From Pseudobdellovibrionaceae bacterium (GTDB taxonomy: Bacteria; Bdellovibrionota; Bdellovibrionia; Bdellovibrionales; Bdellovibrionaceae), in the NCBI GenBank assembly GCA_044359815.1, contig JBIKLL010000008.1:1-64000 (forward strand): a stretch of 64,000 bases of DNA, given 5' to 3'. The translations under genes and the position numbers were made by a program. Shown piece by piece: positions 1 through 10,072 of the stretch; position 1 is the stretch's first letter; each line of letters opens with the position of its first letter. Below the pieces are notes generated by a model. The model had not been told where the DNA came from, made no database searches, and saw only the letters and a program-made list of their open reading frames with translations.

Positions 1-238
1 TAATTTGTTTTTACTGTTTTTAGACACATGCAGCGAGCGCGCGGGGCATATCTGGTGTTGAGTCATTTAGATTAATCGTAAAACTGATTAATCTAAATGA
101 CTCAATACGAGAGATGAGCCCGCGGCCGTTAGCGAGTGTCTAAAAATAGTGAAAAAAATTATCTTTGCATGCAAGCAACACCAGATATGCGGCAAAAAAT
201 TAAACGCTGCGCTCGCAAATGTATTCAAAAGGTATAAA
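1..238. repeat. Foldback element copy 1 (truncated at window start); inverted copy of the 32640-33047 element
   Basis: 1-69 is the reverse complement of 32867-32935 (1 mismatch) and 94-170 is the reverse complement of 32743-32819 (identical). A perfect 20-bp stem pairs 58-77 with 86-105. A degenerate outer arm continues to ~238. Confidence 0.9.
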
Positions 239-282
239 AATATAGAAGTGTTTTTCTAAAATTTAAAAAATCTAAGAGCAGA

Positions 283-780
283 TTAATTGATTTTTAGCAG
301 GTTGCCGACGGTGTTCCTGAGCTTATCGATATCGAAGGGCTTTTTAATGTACTCATCAGCTCCCAGTGCATAAGCTCTTTTGACGTCTTCTTCTGAAGTT
401 TGCCCAGATACAAAAACCAAAGGGATTTTCTTAAGTTCCGAATGCTCTTTCAGCAATTGAGCTAATTCAAATCCGTTGATCCACGGAAGCCCCACATCGA
501 TCAATATTAAATCCGGAGATGAATTATCTAAAATCTTGGTTAGCTCTGTCCCGTCAGCGGCCAATTCAACAACGTATCCATCGGTTTCAAAAATCCGTTT
601 CAGCGCAGCTCGCATTGTTTCGTCGTCTTCAATCACCAAAATAGTTTTTGGATCTACCTTTTTTTTAAAATCCCTGAATGAATCCAAAGGGACGACTTCC
701 TGTCCAGCGATACGAGCCTTTGTGATCTTTTCGATTTTTTTAATTAAATCTTGTGCGTTGATTTTTTTCTTGGCCATCAA
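283..780 (-). CDS. Single-domain response regulator (receiver) with basic N-terminal extension
   Basis: ILVIEDD, LILIDVGLP (phospho-Asp), FVSG and YIKKPF receiver motifs. Confidence 0.9.
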   Translation of the reverse strand: MMAKKKINAQDLIKKIEKITKARIAGQEVVPLDSFRDFKKKVDPKTILVIEDDETMRAALKRIFETDGYVVELAADGTELTKILDNSSPDLILIDVGLPWINGFELAQLLKEHSELKKIPLVFVSGQTSEEDVKRAYALGADEYIKKPFDIDKLRNTVGNLLKIN

Positions 781-1712
781 TGCCCCTGACTTTCAAGCCA
801 TCTTTCGGCATCAATAGCTGCCATACAACCCGTTCCCGCTGCAGTGATTGCCTGCCTGTAAACATGATCTTGCACATCGCCAGCTGCGAAAACACCAGGG
901 ATCTTAGTGTAGGTAGATTCTTTTTTGGTTTCTATGTAACCAACTTCATTAAGATCTAAAAATTCCTGAAATAATTTTGTGTTTGGAACGTGACCAATGG
1001 CCAAAAATAATCCCTGAATCGGCATTGTGGACTCCTGTCCGCTACCAGTGTTTTTGATTTTCAATCCTGTGATTTGTTTTTCATCACCTAACACTTCAAT
1101 CACTTCAGAATTCCAAATGGGTTGTATTTTTGGATTCTTCAAAGCCCTGTCAGCCATAATTTTTGAAGCTCTAAAACTGTCCCTACGATGAATGATATAA
1201 ACTTTGGATGCAAATCGAGTTAAAAAATTTGCTTCTTCCATAGCCGTGTCACCACCACCGACAACGGCGACTTCAACATTTTTAAAAAATGCTCCATCAC
1301 AGGTTGCGCATGCAGAGACTCCACGATTCATATATTTTTTTTCGCTAGGTATACCTAAATACTTTGCCGAAGCACCCGTACTGATAATCACGGCCTTACT
1401 TTGAAAAAGCTCATTGCCCACCCAGATTTTAAAAGGTCTTGTTTTAAAATCCACCTTAGTCACGTTCTTGGTCAAAAACCGAGTGCCGAATCTGGCAGCT
1501 TGCTTTCGCATAACTGCAATCAGCTCTGGGCCTGTAATCCCGTGCTCGAAGCCAGGATAGTTTTCAACTTCTGTCGTTATCATCAATTGACCACCGGCTT
1601 CTTCGCCCTCAATCATAAGTGGCTTCAGATTGGCTCTAGCACTGTAAACCGCAGAGGTCAGTCCGGCAGGTCCCGAACCAATAATAATTAAATTTTCAAT
1701 TGTATCTGACAT
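777..1712 (-). CDS. trxB: Thioredoxin reductase
   Basis: GSGPAG FAD motif, CATC redox motif, GGGDTAMEEA, FAAGDV. Confidence 0.97.
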   Translation of the reverse strand: MSDTIENLIIIGSGPAGLTSAVYSARANLKPLMIEGEEAGGQLMITTEVENYPGFEHGITGPELIAVMRKQAARFGTRFLTKNVTKVDFKTRPFKIWVGNELFQSKAVIISTGASAKYLGIPSEKKYMNRGVSACATCDGAFFKNVEVAVVGGGDTAMEEANFLTRFASKVYIIHRRDSFRASKIMADRALKNPKIQPIWNSEVIEVLGDEKQITGLKIKNTGSGQESTMPIQGLFLAIGHVPNTKLFQEFLDLNEVGYIETKKESTYTKIPGVFAAGDVQDHVYRQAITAAGTGCMAAIDAERWLESQGH

Positions 1713-1737
1713 TGGAACTCCAAATTTTGATCGGCCA

Positions 1738-2343
1738 TCAATCTACAACCTTATGAAAGCTTTCGTCATCAGTTTGAATCCAATCGATCAAAATTTTTGC
1801 TACAATCCCTGGAGGCTTCTGCAAACCCTGCTGACGCGGCCAAGCATGGGCAGGCAACATTCCTGTATCCATGTAACCAGGGCTAAACAATTTAATTTTT
1901 CGGTCAGGAGACTCCGCTTTAACTGATCGAATCAAACCCAAAAGGCCATGTTTTGATGCTGCATAGCTAGACGCCAAGGGATCAGGTTTTGACTCAGCAA
2001 TGGCAGAACCCACAAAAGTCATTGGAATCTTTAGCTGATGGATCATAAATGCAGGAAACAAAAAATTTAAATTAAAAGCCCACTCATGATCAGAAAATTT
2101 TTTCTGATCATAAACACCATAGGGACCGCCACCGCTACAGTAAATAATGTGATCAGGTGTAGAGTTTTGCACAAACTGGATGATCGAATCCCAATCAGAT
2201 CGCTTGGTCAGATCAAATTTTTGCCAAGCTCCAACTGCACCTTTGGTTCTTTGCACTGTGGTCACAACATGACCCAGGTCATTTAGTTGCTGACAAATAT
2301 TTAACCCTAAACCTTTGGATCCACCAAAAACCAAATAGTGCAT
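1738..2343 (-). CDS. Short-chain dehydrogenase/reductase
   Basis: GGSKGLG Rossmann motif and YAASK. Start reassigned to ATG 2343, which overlaps the upstream stop (TAATG). Confidence 0.85.
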   Translation of the reverse strand: MHYLVFGGSKGLGLNICQQLNDLGHVVTTVQRTKGAVGAWQKFDLTKRSDWDSIIQFVQNSTPDHIIYCSGGGPYGVYDQKKFSDHEWAFNLNFLFPAFMIHQLKIPMTFVGSAIAESKPDPLASSYAASKHGLLGLIRSVKAESPDRKIKLFSPGYMDTGMLPAHAWPRQQGLQKPPGIVAKILIDWIQTDDESFHKVVD

Positions 2344-2636
2344 TACCAATAACCCGTGTCGATTTTGATATCGCCCAAAACTTGGGTCTGACAACTGATG
2401 CGTTCGTCAGGCTTTAGATTATTTTGAGCTGCTAAAAAAACTTCGATTTCATTAGGGGCCGACAGATTCTCAGCACCAGAAATTATTTTGATTTTGCATT
2501 TTCCACAGACCCCTTCACCATGGCAGCTGCTGGCAACGGGTAAATCATGATCCAGCAGACTCTGCATTAAATTAGCTTCTGTTGAAACCGTAAATGACTG
2601 AATACTGGGTTTGGCAAAACTGATTTTGGCTTTCAT
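2343..2636 (-). CDS. 2Fe-2S ferredoxin
   Basis: SCHGEGVCGKC...RISCQ motif. Confidence 0.9.
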   Translation of the reverse strand: MKAKISFAKPSIQSFTVSTEANLMQSLLDHDLPVASSCHGEGVCGKCKIKIISGAENLSAPNEIEVFLAAQNNLKPDERISCQTQVLGDIKIDTGYW

Positions 2637-3355
2637 GTTTTCTGCAACAGAACATGGTTTATCTTAACACCCTGTCTGGAAAATATATTTTCAAACTGTG
2701 TTATAAAATTATTTTCCGAAAACTCTGATCGGTGCAAATCCTCGGTTAACTCGATTATTTTGTACGGAGTCGATTTGATTTCCTGCAAGGCAAACTGAAA
2801 ATATTCATAATTGTCTGTTTTCAATCTTAAAAAACTGTTTGGCCTTTGCAGTTCAAACAGTCTGTTTAAAACAGTCGATTGCATCAACCTGTTTTTAGGC
2901 TTTCTGGGACTGACCCAAGGATCCGGAAAATGCACAAATATATTGTTGATCTCTTGGTCTTCAAAAATATTTTCCAGCGCCAGTGCGTGGTATCTGATGA
3001 CCTTTGCATTACAGCAGTTTTTCCTGAGAGCTCCCCTGATTGTTTGAATCAAGGGTTTGTATTTGATTTCTACACCCAACAATCGTCGTTCGGGATTCTG
3101 ATCAGCATAGTAACCAAAAAAGGTTCCATTGCCTGTGCCGATTTCTAAATCTAAGGGCGTTGTATCTGAAACATTAAAAACAGTGTGCCGCCACAAGCCC
3201 TTGTACAACGGAGCGCGCTCTTCATCGAATGAATGTTCGTTTAAATCTTCCAGCAACGCCGTCGTGTATTGATTGGGACGCCTGAGTGACCTGGTTTTAT
3301 TTAGTCTGCCAAAGATCCTGTGGGATTCAATCATGTTGCAATCGTTGATCATCAC
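2633..3355 (-). CDS. trmB: tRNA (guanine-N7)-methyltransferase
   Basis: LEIGTGNG, GVEI, HFPDPW, LKTD, TQFE motifs. Confidence 0.93.
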   Translation of the reverse strand: MMINDCNMIESHRIFGRLNKTRSLRRPNQYTTALLEDLNEHSFDEERAPLYKGLWRHTVFNVSDTTPLDLEIGTGNGTFFGYYADQNPERRLLGVEIKYKPLIQTIRGALRKNCCNAKVIRYHALALENIFEDQEINNIFVHFPDPWVSPRKPKNRLMQSTVLNRLFELQRPNSFLRLKTDNYEYFQFALQEIKSTPYKIIELTEDLHRSEFSENNFITQFENIFSRQGVKINHVLLQKT

Positions 3356-4331
3356 CGGGCCCCCTGACTAATCTTTTTACTGAAAATGGCTTATAGCTTT
3401 TAAATGGTTTGGCTCTGATTTTACAATCAGCAATATCGCATATATCACAATATTTACGTTCGCAGGGATCAATGTGAAAGGCTATTTCACCATCATAGGG
3501 ATAAGCACTGACGACGTCTTTTTCGTACTGAGTGCATTCTGTATGTGCTTTTTCTATATCCCAATATTCTGGAACAACTAAATGAGCATCGATGTGATGA
3601 AACCTTCCTGATCTGATAATGCGCAGATTGTGAATATCGATAAATCCAGGACGTGCAGATTTTGTTATCGCTTCTGACAATAAACTGAGGGCTTCAGGTT
3701 CTGATTCATCAATCAATCCACCAATGTTGCCCCTAATGATTTTAATCCCGCTATAAATCAAATGAATGGCGACCAGAATCGCAACAAATGAATCTATCCA
3801 ATACCAGTTGGTCATTTTATAACAAAACAGCCCCACTAAAACTGCCACCGTTGTCCAAACGTCTGAAAATAAATGTTTTGCGCTGGCCTTCAAGGTTTCT
3901 GATCTGATTTTTTTACCAACACTGTGGACATAAAATCCCAAGCCAAAATTCAATACTGTAGTGGATGCCATCAGCCACAAACCATTATCAATCTGGTGCA
4001 ACGATTGACCCCTGAATACATTGGTGGCGGCTTCAATTAAAATCACCAAGGCCGCAAAAGTAACCAAGCCGCCTTCAAAAGCTGCCGAAAAATACTCAAG
4101 CTTACCATGTCCATAGGGATGTTCTTCATCCGCAGGTTCGGCAACAGCCTTCAAAACAAAAAATCCAACGATAGCAGCCACAACGTTGACGACGCTTTCC
4201 AATGCATCAGACATGACAGCGGTTGAATGAGTCATGGCAAAAGCTGTCATTTTGATCGAAAAAACAATCAGGGTTACTAATACCGTTATTTTTGAAACAC
4301 GAATTGCTGCTGCATCCATAGCATTAGTCAT
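3327..4331 (-). CDS. Cation diffusion facilitator transporter (FieF-like) with Cys-rich tail
   Basis: SDALES, PADEEHPYGHGKLEY, HLFSD; about 6 TM segments. Confidence 0.9.
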   Translation of the reverse strand: MTNAMDAAAIRVSKITVLVTLIVFSIKMTAFAMTHSTAVMSDALESVVNVVAAIVGFFVLKAVAEPADEEHPYGHGKLEYFSAAFEGGLVTFAALVILIEAATNVFRGQSLHQIDNGLWLMASTTVLNFGLGFYVHSVGKKIRSETLKASAKHLFSDVWTTVAVLVGLFCYKMTNWYWIDSFVAILVAIHLIYSGIKIIRGNIGGLIDESEPEALSLLSEAITKSARPGFIDIHNLRIIRSGRFHHIDAHLVVPEYWDIEKAHTECTQYEKDVVSAYPYDGEIAFHIDPCERKYCDICDIADCKIRAKPFKSYKPFSVKRLVRGPGDDQRLQHD

Positions 4332-4421
4332 AGGATACGGTTGTACTGGTTTAATGTTTTGCAGGTCAACAATGATCCTGATGTATCATTGGCTTTTATA
4401 ACGGCCTATATTTTCAGAACA

Positions 4422-5441
4422 TTAAGATGCTTTTAACTTAGTTTTTGGTTTTCGTTTTTCGGCGGCTAATGTGACCACAGCAGGGTCTGGCTTGATTTTA
4501 ATGGATCTAAAGCAATTTCGACCTGCATCCTTGGCCTGGTACAAAGCGTGATCAGCAGTTCTAACTAGAGTCATTGCATCAGTTGCTTTGTCCGATGGTT
4601 CTATGATCGCAAAACCCAAGCTGACAGTTTTTTTGGTTTCGTCTTTGCCATTGATAAAATGCTTTTTTTCAATGGTGGCTCTCAGTCTTTCGCAAAAATG
4701 AGTCGCACCGTTTTCATTGGTTTCAGTCAACACAATCAAAAACTCATCCCCACCATACCTAGCAGCAATGTCGATTGATCTGATTGTTGATTTAATAATT
4801 TTTCCAACTTCACTAATCACAAAACTGCCAAACAAATGATCGTGTCCATCGTTTACATTTTTAAAATTATCCATGTCCATCATAACAACACAGACAGGGC
4901 GATCAAATCTGCGGCATCTCTCGATTTCGGCCTCAAGTCGCTGATAGATTGACCTCATGTTGTAAAGACCGGTCAAATCATCAATATCCACAAGCTCTTT
5001 AAGTTTTTCGTTAGCCAATCGCAATTGATCGTTCAAATCCTTAATGCGCAGCTGTGTGCGCACTCTGGCCAATAATTCCAAAGGGTCAAATGGCTTTGGG
5101 ATGTAATCATCAGCTCCCGAATCCAAACCGATAATCACGGATTCAGTGTCAGTGTTGCCAGAAATAAACATAACCGAAACATACTGTTTTTTTGCTCGCA
5201 GATCTTTGAGCGTCTGTATGCCGCTGATTCCAGGCATATTCATGTCCAACAGCACTAAATCGGGCTCCCAGGTCTGAATCATTGTGATTGATTTTTCCCC
5301 CGAGTCGGCCTTTTGAACCTGATAGCCTTCCCAACGCAAAGCTTCGCTGATGATCTCTAAACTGTCGGGATCATCATCCACCACCAGAATCTTTCGGGTA
5401 TTGGCATCTACTGTCGACTTAACTGTCGCTTCTACTGTCAT
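4422..5441 (-). CDS. dgcA: Receiver-GGDEF dinucleotide cyclase, Hypr type (Bd0367/DgcA-like)
   Basis: N-terminal receiver; DDLTGLYN, FKNVNDGHDHLFGS (Ser where canonical DGCs have Asp), RSID I-site, intact RYGGDEF. Confidence 0.85.
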   Translation of the reverse strand: MTVEATVKSTVDANTRKILVVDDDPDSLEIISEALRWEGYQVQKADSGEKSITMIQTWEPDLVLLDMNMPGISGIQTLKDLRAKKQYVSVMFISGNTDTESVIIGLDSGADDYIPKPFDPLELLARVRTQLRIKDLNDQLRLANEKLKELVDIDDLTGLYNMRSIYQRLEAEIERCRRFDRPVCVVMMDMDNFKNVNDGHDHLFGSFVISEVGKIIKSTIRSIDIAARYGGDEFLIVLTETNENGATHFCERLRATIEKKHFINGKDETKKTVSLGFAIIEPSDKATDAMTLVRTADHALYQAKDAGRNCFRSIKIKPDPAVVTLAAEKRKPKTKLKAS

Positions 5442-5534
5442 TTAATTATTTTATGCTATAAGCTCAAGAACCCAAAAAAAAACTTCAACAAAAATAGTCC
5501 TGTGGACTATAGTCAGCTTTTTAGAGGTAAACCA

Positions 5535-7976
5535 ATGTCCTACAATCATCTTGAAATCGAGCAAAAATGGCAATCAGCTTGGGAAAAAGCAAAAATTTTC
5601 GAAGCTAAAAACGATTATACCAAACCAAAGTTTTATGCTTTGGATATGTTTCCCTACCCCTCAGCCATTGGTCTGCATGTGGGCCATCTGGCCTCTTACA
5701 CACCCAGCGAGGTCGTGGCCAGATACAAAAGAGCCAACGGATTTAATGTATTACATCCCATTGGCTACGATGCCTTTGGATTACCTGCTGAGCAGTATGC
5801 AATTCAAACCGGCATTCATCCTGCAAAAACAACCAAGGAAGCCATTGATAATTTTCGCAGACAATTGAAGTCCTTTGGTTACAGCTTTGATTGGAGCCGC
5901 GAAGTTTCAACCTGTGATCCTTCCTATTACAAATGGACCCAGTATATTTTTATCAAGCTGTTTGAAAAAGGCTTAGCCTATCAAAAGGAAGTTCCTGTTA
6001 ACTGGTGTCCTGCCTTAAAAACTGTTTTGGCCAACGAAGAAGTTATCGACGGAAAATCCGAACGTGGTGGTCACCCAGTGATCAGAATGCCCATGAAACA
6101 ATGGATGCTTAAAATCACAGATTACGCTGACCGATTGATTGATGATTTAGACAAAATCGATTGGCTAGACAGAACCAAAGAAGGTCAAAAAAATTGGATC
6201 GGCAAAAGCCAAGGCGCCGAAGTAAAATTTAATATCGAAAACAGTTCTGAATCTTTGGTGGTTTTTACCACCCGCCCTGACACTTTGTTTGGGGTTACCT
6301 TTATGGTTATTGCTCCAGAACATCCTTTGGCCGATAAATTACTGACAGCTTCACAAAAACCCATTGCACAAGAATATTTTAAAAAATCCTCTGTCAAAAG
6401 CGAGGTTGATCGCAAAGCTAACCAACAAAAAACCGGTGTTTTTACCGGAAGCTTTGCTGTTAATCCTGTGAATGGCAAAAAAATCCCAATCTGGATGGCT
6501 GACTATGTGCTGATGGATTATGGCACTGGCGCTATCATGGCCGTACCTGGACATGACGAGCGTGACTTTGAATTTGCAAAGGACGTGATTTCCGCGACAA
6601 CAAAAACATCACTGGAAACTTGGGTTGTCAGAGTCTTGCAAAACACCACTGAAAAATTATCCGGCATCGAAGGCCTGCCCTTTGAAGGCGATGGCACAAT
6701 AGTTAACAGTGATTTTTTAAATGGTATGGATAAAAGCTCTGCCATTAAAAAAATGATTCAGTTTCTTTCACAGAAAAATCTGGGCACACCCGTTGTTCAA
6801 TATAAATTTCGTGATTGGTTGTTTAGCCGCCAAAGATATTGGGGCGAACCCATTCCGGTTGTGCATTTCAAAAAATCAGGAACTAAACCCGTGGCTCATG
6901 CAGAATTGCCAGTGGTCCTTCCGGAAGTTGCTGATTACGAACCTTCTGAATCGGGTGAGGCTCCACTGGCAAAAGTAAAATCTTGGGTGGATTACAAAAC
7001 TGGCTCTGACGAGGGCCGCCGCGAAACCGACACCATGCCTGGCAGTGCGGGCTCGAGCTGGTATTTTTTAAGATACACAGATCCCAAAAATGAAAATGAA
7101 CCTTTTTCCAAAGAAGCTCAAAAATACTGGATGCCTGTGGATTTGTATGTGGGTGGAGCCGAACACACAGTTGGGCATTTGCTGTACGCCAGATTCTGGC
7201 AAAAGTTTTTGTTTGATCAGGGATTGGTGTCCCACCCAGAGCCCTTTAAAAAACTGGTACATCAGGGAATGATCTTGGGTGCCGACGGCGAAAAAATGTC
7301 TAAATCCCGAGGCAACGGAGTCAATCCCGATGAAATCCGTGAAAAATTTGGCAGTGATGCTGTTAGAACCTATATTTGTTTTTTAGGCCCTATGGAAAAG
7401 GACAAACCCTGGGCCACCAACGGTATTGATGGAGTTCGCAGATTTTTAGACCGAGTTTGGCGTTTGGTCTGCGATGACAACGGTCAATTGATAGCTAATG
7501 ATGATTTGGTTCCTCAGGAGCTCAATAGACTACTGCACAAAACTATCAAGAAAATTACAGAGGACATTGAAAAGTTAAATTTCAACACGGCTGTCAGCCA
7601 AATGATGATATTGGTTAATGAAATCTACAGGTTAAATCTAAAACCTAAGTCATTGTTGAAAACTCTTTCTCAGTTGCTGATGCCATTTGCCCCACATTTT
7701 GCCGAAGAAATTTGGCAAAAGCTGGGTGGTTCTGGTTTTGTTTCAACGGCTCCTTGGCCAAAATACGATCCAGAACTGACTAAGGACGACGTCGTCGTAT
7801 TAGCCGTGCAGGTGTCAGGAAAAATGCGAGGGACGATTGAAATCGCCGTTGATGCACCCGAGGATAAAGCTGTGGAAATGGCTCTGAAACTCAATACAGT
7901 GACCAACGCCCTGTCGGGAGCCAAACCAAAAAAAGTAATTTACAAAGCAGGTAAGATTTTAAATTTGATTTCCTGA
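5535..7976 (+). CDS. leuS: Leucine--tRNA ligase
   Basis: MFPYPS..GLHVGH, FTTRPDT editing domain, SRQRYWGEPIP, KMSKS. ATG 5535 follows a GAGG SD. Confidence 0.97.
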   Translation: MSYNHLEIEQKWQSAWEKAKIFEAKNDYTKPKFYALDMFPYPSAIGLHVGHLASYTPSEVVARYKRANGFNVLHPIGYDAFGLPAEQYAIQTGIHPAKTTKEAIDNFRRQLKSFGYSFDWSREVSTCDPSYYKWTQYIFIKLFEKGLAYQKEVPVNWCPALKTVLANEEVIDGKSERGGHPVIRMPMKQWMLKITDYADRLIDDLDKIDWLDRTKEGQKNWIGKSQGAEVKFNIENSSESLVVFTTRPDTLFGVTFMVIAPEHPLADKLLTASQKPIAQEYFKKSSVKSEVDRKANQQKTGVFTGSFAVNPVNGKKIPIWMADYVLMDYGTGAIMAVPGHDERDFEFAKDVISATTKTSLETWVVRVLQNTTEKLSGIEGLPFEGDGTIVNSDFLNGMDKSSAIKKMIQFLSQKNLGTPVVQYKFRDWLFSRQRYWGEPIPVVHFKKSGTKPVAHAELPVVLPEVADYEPSESGEAPLAKVKSWVDYKTGSDEGRRETDTMPGSAGSSWYFLRYTDPKNENEPFSKEAQKYWMPVDLYVGGAEHTVGHLLYARFWQKFLFDQGLVSHPEPFKKLVHQGMILGADGEKMSKSRGNGVNPDEIREKFGSDAVRTYICFLGPMEKDKPWATNGIDGVRRFLDRVWRLVCDDNGQLIANDDLVPQELNRLLHKTIKKITEDIEKLNFNTAVSQMMILVNEIYRLNLKPKSLLKTLSQLLMPFAPHFAEEIWQKLGGSGFVSTAPWPKYDPELTKDDVVVLAVQVSGKMRGTIEIAVDAPEDKAVEMALKLNTVTNALSGAKPKKVIYKAGKILNLIS

Positions 7977-8024
7977 GAATTTATAATAAAAAGTAGACAA
8001 AGCCATCTACAGGAGGGCCCTAAC

Positions 8025-9968
8025 TTGGATTTAGAAATTCATAAACCCAGATTAAACCCGGTCAAAGAAACTTGGACTACAGAAGACAGCGCGGATCTGT
8101 ACGGAATCAACAGTTGGGGCAACGGCTATTTTAAAATTAATAATGCAGGAAATGTCGAGGTCAAACCCAATGGCACCAAAGGTCCATCGGTAGATTTGTA
8201 TGATCTGACTCAGGATCTGTTAGACCGCGGTATCCGCGTTCCTATCATGATCAGATTTCAAGACATCATTAAAGCCCGTGTTGATTTGATCAATAATTGT
8301 TTTGCAAAAGCCATTGCTGATCACAATTACAAAGGCCAATATTGCGGGGTTTATCCAATTAAGGTGAATCAGCAAAGACACTTAGTTGAAGAGCTGATCA
8401 AGCAGGGTAGAGACAAACGATTAGGCCTTGAATGCGGCAGTAAGCCCGAGCTGTTGGTTGTATTGGCGCTGATGAACAATCCCAATGCTTTGATAATTTG
8501 CAATGGCTTTAAAGATACCGAATATATTGAAACGGCACTTTTGTCACAGAAACTGGGACGCCACACAATCATCGTGGTCGATCGGTTTGAAGAATTAAGC
8601 ATGATCATCGATGCTGCAAAAAAATTCAAAGCCCGACCTCATATCGGTTTCAGAGCAAAATTAAACACTCAAGGTGCGGGTAAATGGGTTGATAGCAGCG
8701 GTGCCAGATCAAAATTTGGATTAACCACCACTGAAATCGTTGAAGGCATTGAAATTTTAAAACGTGAAAACATGTTGGACTGTTTAGAACTATTTCATTT
8801 TCACATTGGTTCTCAGATTCCATCCATTCAGCACATTAAATCTTCGCTTAAAGAAGGGGTCAGGTTTTTTACCGAGCTTCATAAATTAGGTGCAAACGTT
8901 CGATATGTGGATGTGGGCGGCGGACTGGGAATTGACTATGACGGAACAGGATCATCTGACAGTTCTGTTAATTACAGTGAACAAGAATATGCAAATGACA
9001 TTGTTTCAGCCCTGCAAACAATGTGTGACGAACAATCAGTTCCCCATCCTGATATCGTTACTGAAAGCGGCAGGTTTTTAGTCGCTCACCATTCGATTTT
9101 GGTTTTTAATGTCATGGGGGTAAACAATTTACGCAGAGCCGAGCCTCCTCGACCTGCAACAAAATCTGACCCTGCGATAATGCGTGACCTGCAATATATT
9201 TTTGAAAAACTAAACAAAGAAAACATTAATGAATGTTTTAACGATGTGATGCAGGCAAAGAACGAAAAGCTTCAGTTGTTCACCTATGGAGTTCTGAATC
9301 TGACTCAAAGGGCTTGGTGCGAATCCATGTATTTTGCCATTGCCACCAAAATGATGAAGGTTGCTGAAGGGCTAGATGATTGCGACGATATTATTTCGAC
9401 TTTATCTCAAGAGCTGTGTGATACCTATTTCTGTAATTTTTCGGTTTTCCAATCCATCCCTGATGCTTGGGCCGTTGGGCAGTTGTTTCCTGTAATGCCT
9501 GTACACAGACTGAATGAACAACCCACTGTTGAAGCAACGCTGGCAGATTTGACCTGTGATTCTGACGGCAAGCTGGAGAAATTTATTTGCACCGAATCTG
9601 CTTCATACAAAAAAACTTTGCTGGTGCACAATACTTTACCAACGAAACAGTATTATATGGCTGTGTTTTTAACTGGCGCCTATCAAGAAATTTTGGGTGA
9701 TTTGCACAATCTGTTCGGAGACACCGATGCTGTGCACGTTTCATTGCATGAAAGTGGGTACACATTGGATCACTATGTACCTGGCGACACTGTCACCGAG
9801 GTTTTAAGCTACGTTCAGTACCGTCACTACAACATGGTTGATAACATCAGACAAGCTGCCGAAGAAAGCATTCAAAAAGGCACTATCAGTAAACAGGAAG
9901 CTAAGCTTTTGATTAAACATTATGAAGAAGGGCTTTCAGGATATACTTATCTGGAAGAAGCCGAATAA
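8025..9968 (+). CDS. speA: Biosynthetic arginine decarboxylase
   Basis: YPIKVNQ (PLP Lys), HFHIGSQI, DVGGGLG, ESGR, TCDSDG, GAYQEILG; GGAGG SD before TTG. Confidence 0.96.
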   Translation: MDLEIHKPRLNPVKETWTTEDSADLYGINSWGNGYFKINNAGNVEVKPNGTKGPSVDLYDLTQDLLDRGIRVPIMIRFQDIIKARVDLINNCFAKAIADHNYKGQYCGVYPIKVNQQRHLVEELIKQGRDKRLGLECGSKPELLVVLALMNNPNALIICNGFKDTEYIETALLSQKLGRHTIIVVDRFEELSMIIDAAKKFKARPHIGFRAKLNTQGAGKWVDSSGARSKFGLTTTEIVEGIEILKRENMLDCLELFHFHIGSQIPSIQHIKSSLKEGVRFFTELHKLGANVRYVDVGGGLGIDYDGTGSSDSSVNYSEQEYANDIVSALQTMCDEQSVPHPDIVTESGRFLVAHHSILVFNVMGVNNLRRAEPPRPATKSDPAIMRDLQYIFEKLNKENINECFNDVMQAKNEKLQLFTYGVLNLTQRAWCESMYFAIATKMMKVAEGLDDCDDIISTLSQELCDTYFCNFSVFQSIPDAWAVGQLFPVMPVHRLNEQPTVEATLADLTCDSDGKLEKFICTESASYKKTLLVHNTLPTKQYYMAVFLTGAYQEILGDLHNLFGDTDAVHVSLHESGYTLDHYVPGDTVTEVLSYVQYRHYNMVDNIRQAAEESIQKGTISKQEAKLLIKHYEEGLSGYTYLEEAE

Positions 9969-9971
9969 AAA

Positions 9972-10059
9972 GCGGCTTCCCTATTTGCACTGATGTTAGT
10001 ACCAACCTGATCATTCCCGATTCCCCTGGGAATTTAATCAATACAAATAATGAAGCCGC
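9972..10059. terminator. Imperfect long hairpin between convergent genes
   Basis: Nested pairs GCGGCTTC/GAAGCCGC, TATTTG/CAAATA, TGAT/ATCA and ATTCCC/GGGAAT. Confidence 0.45.
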
Positions 10060-10072
10060 ACCCCTCGCTAGT

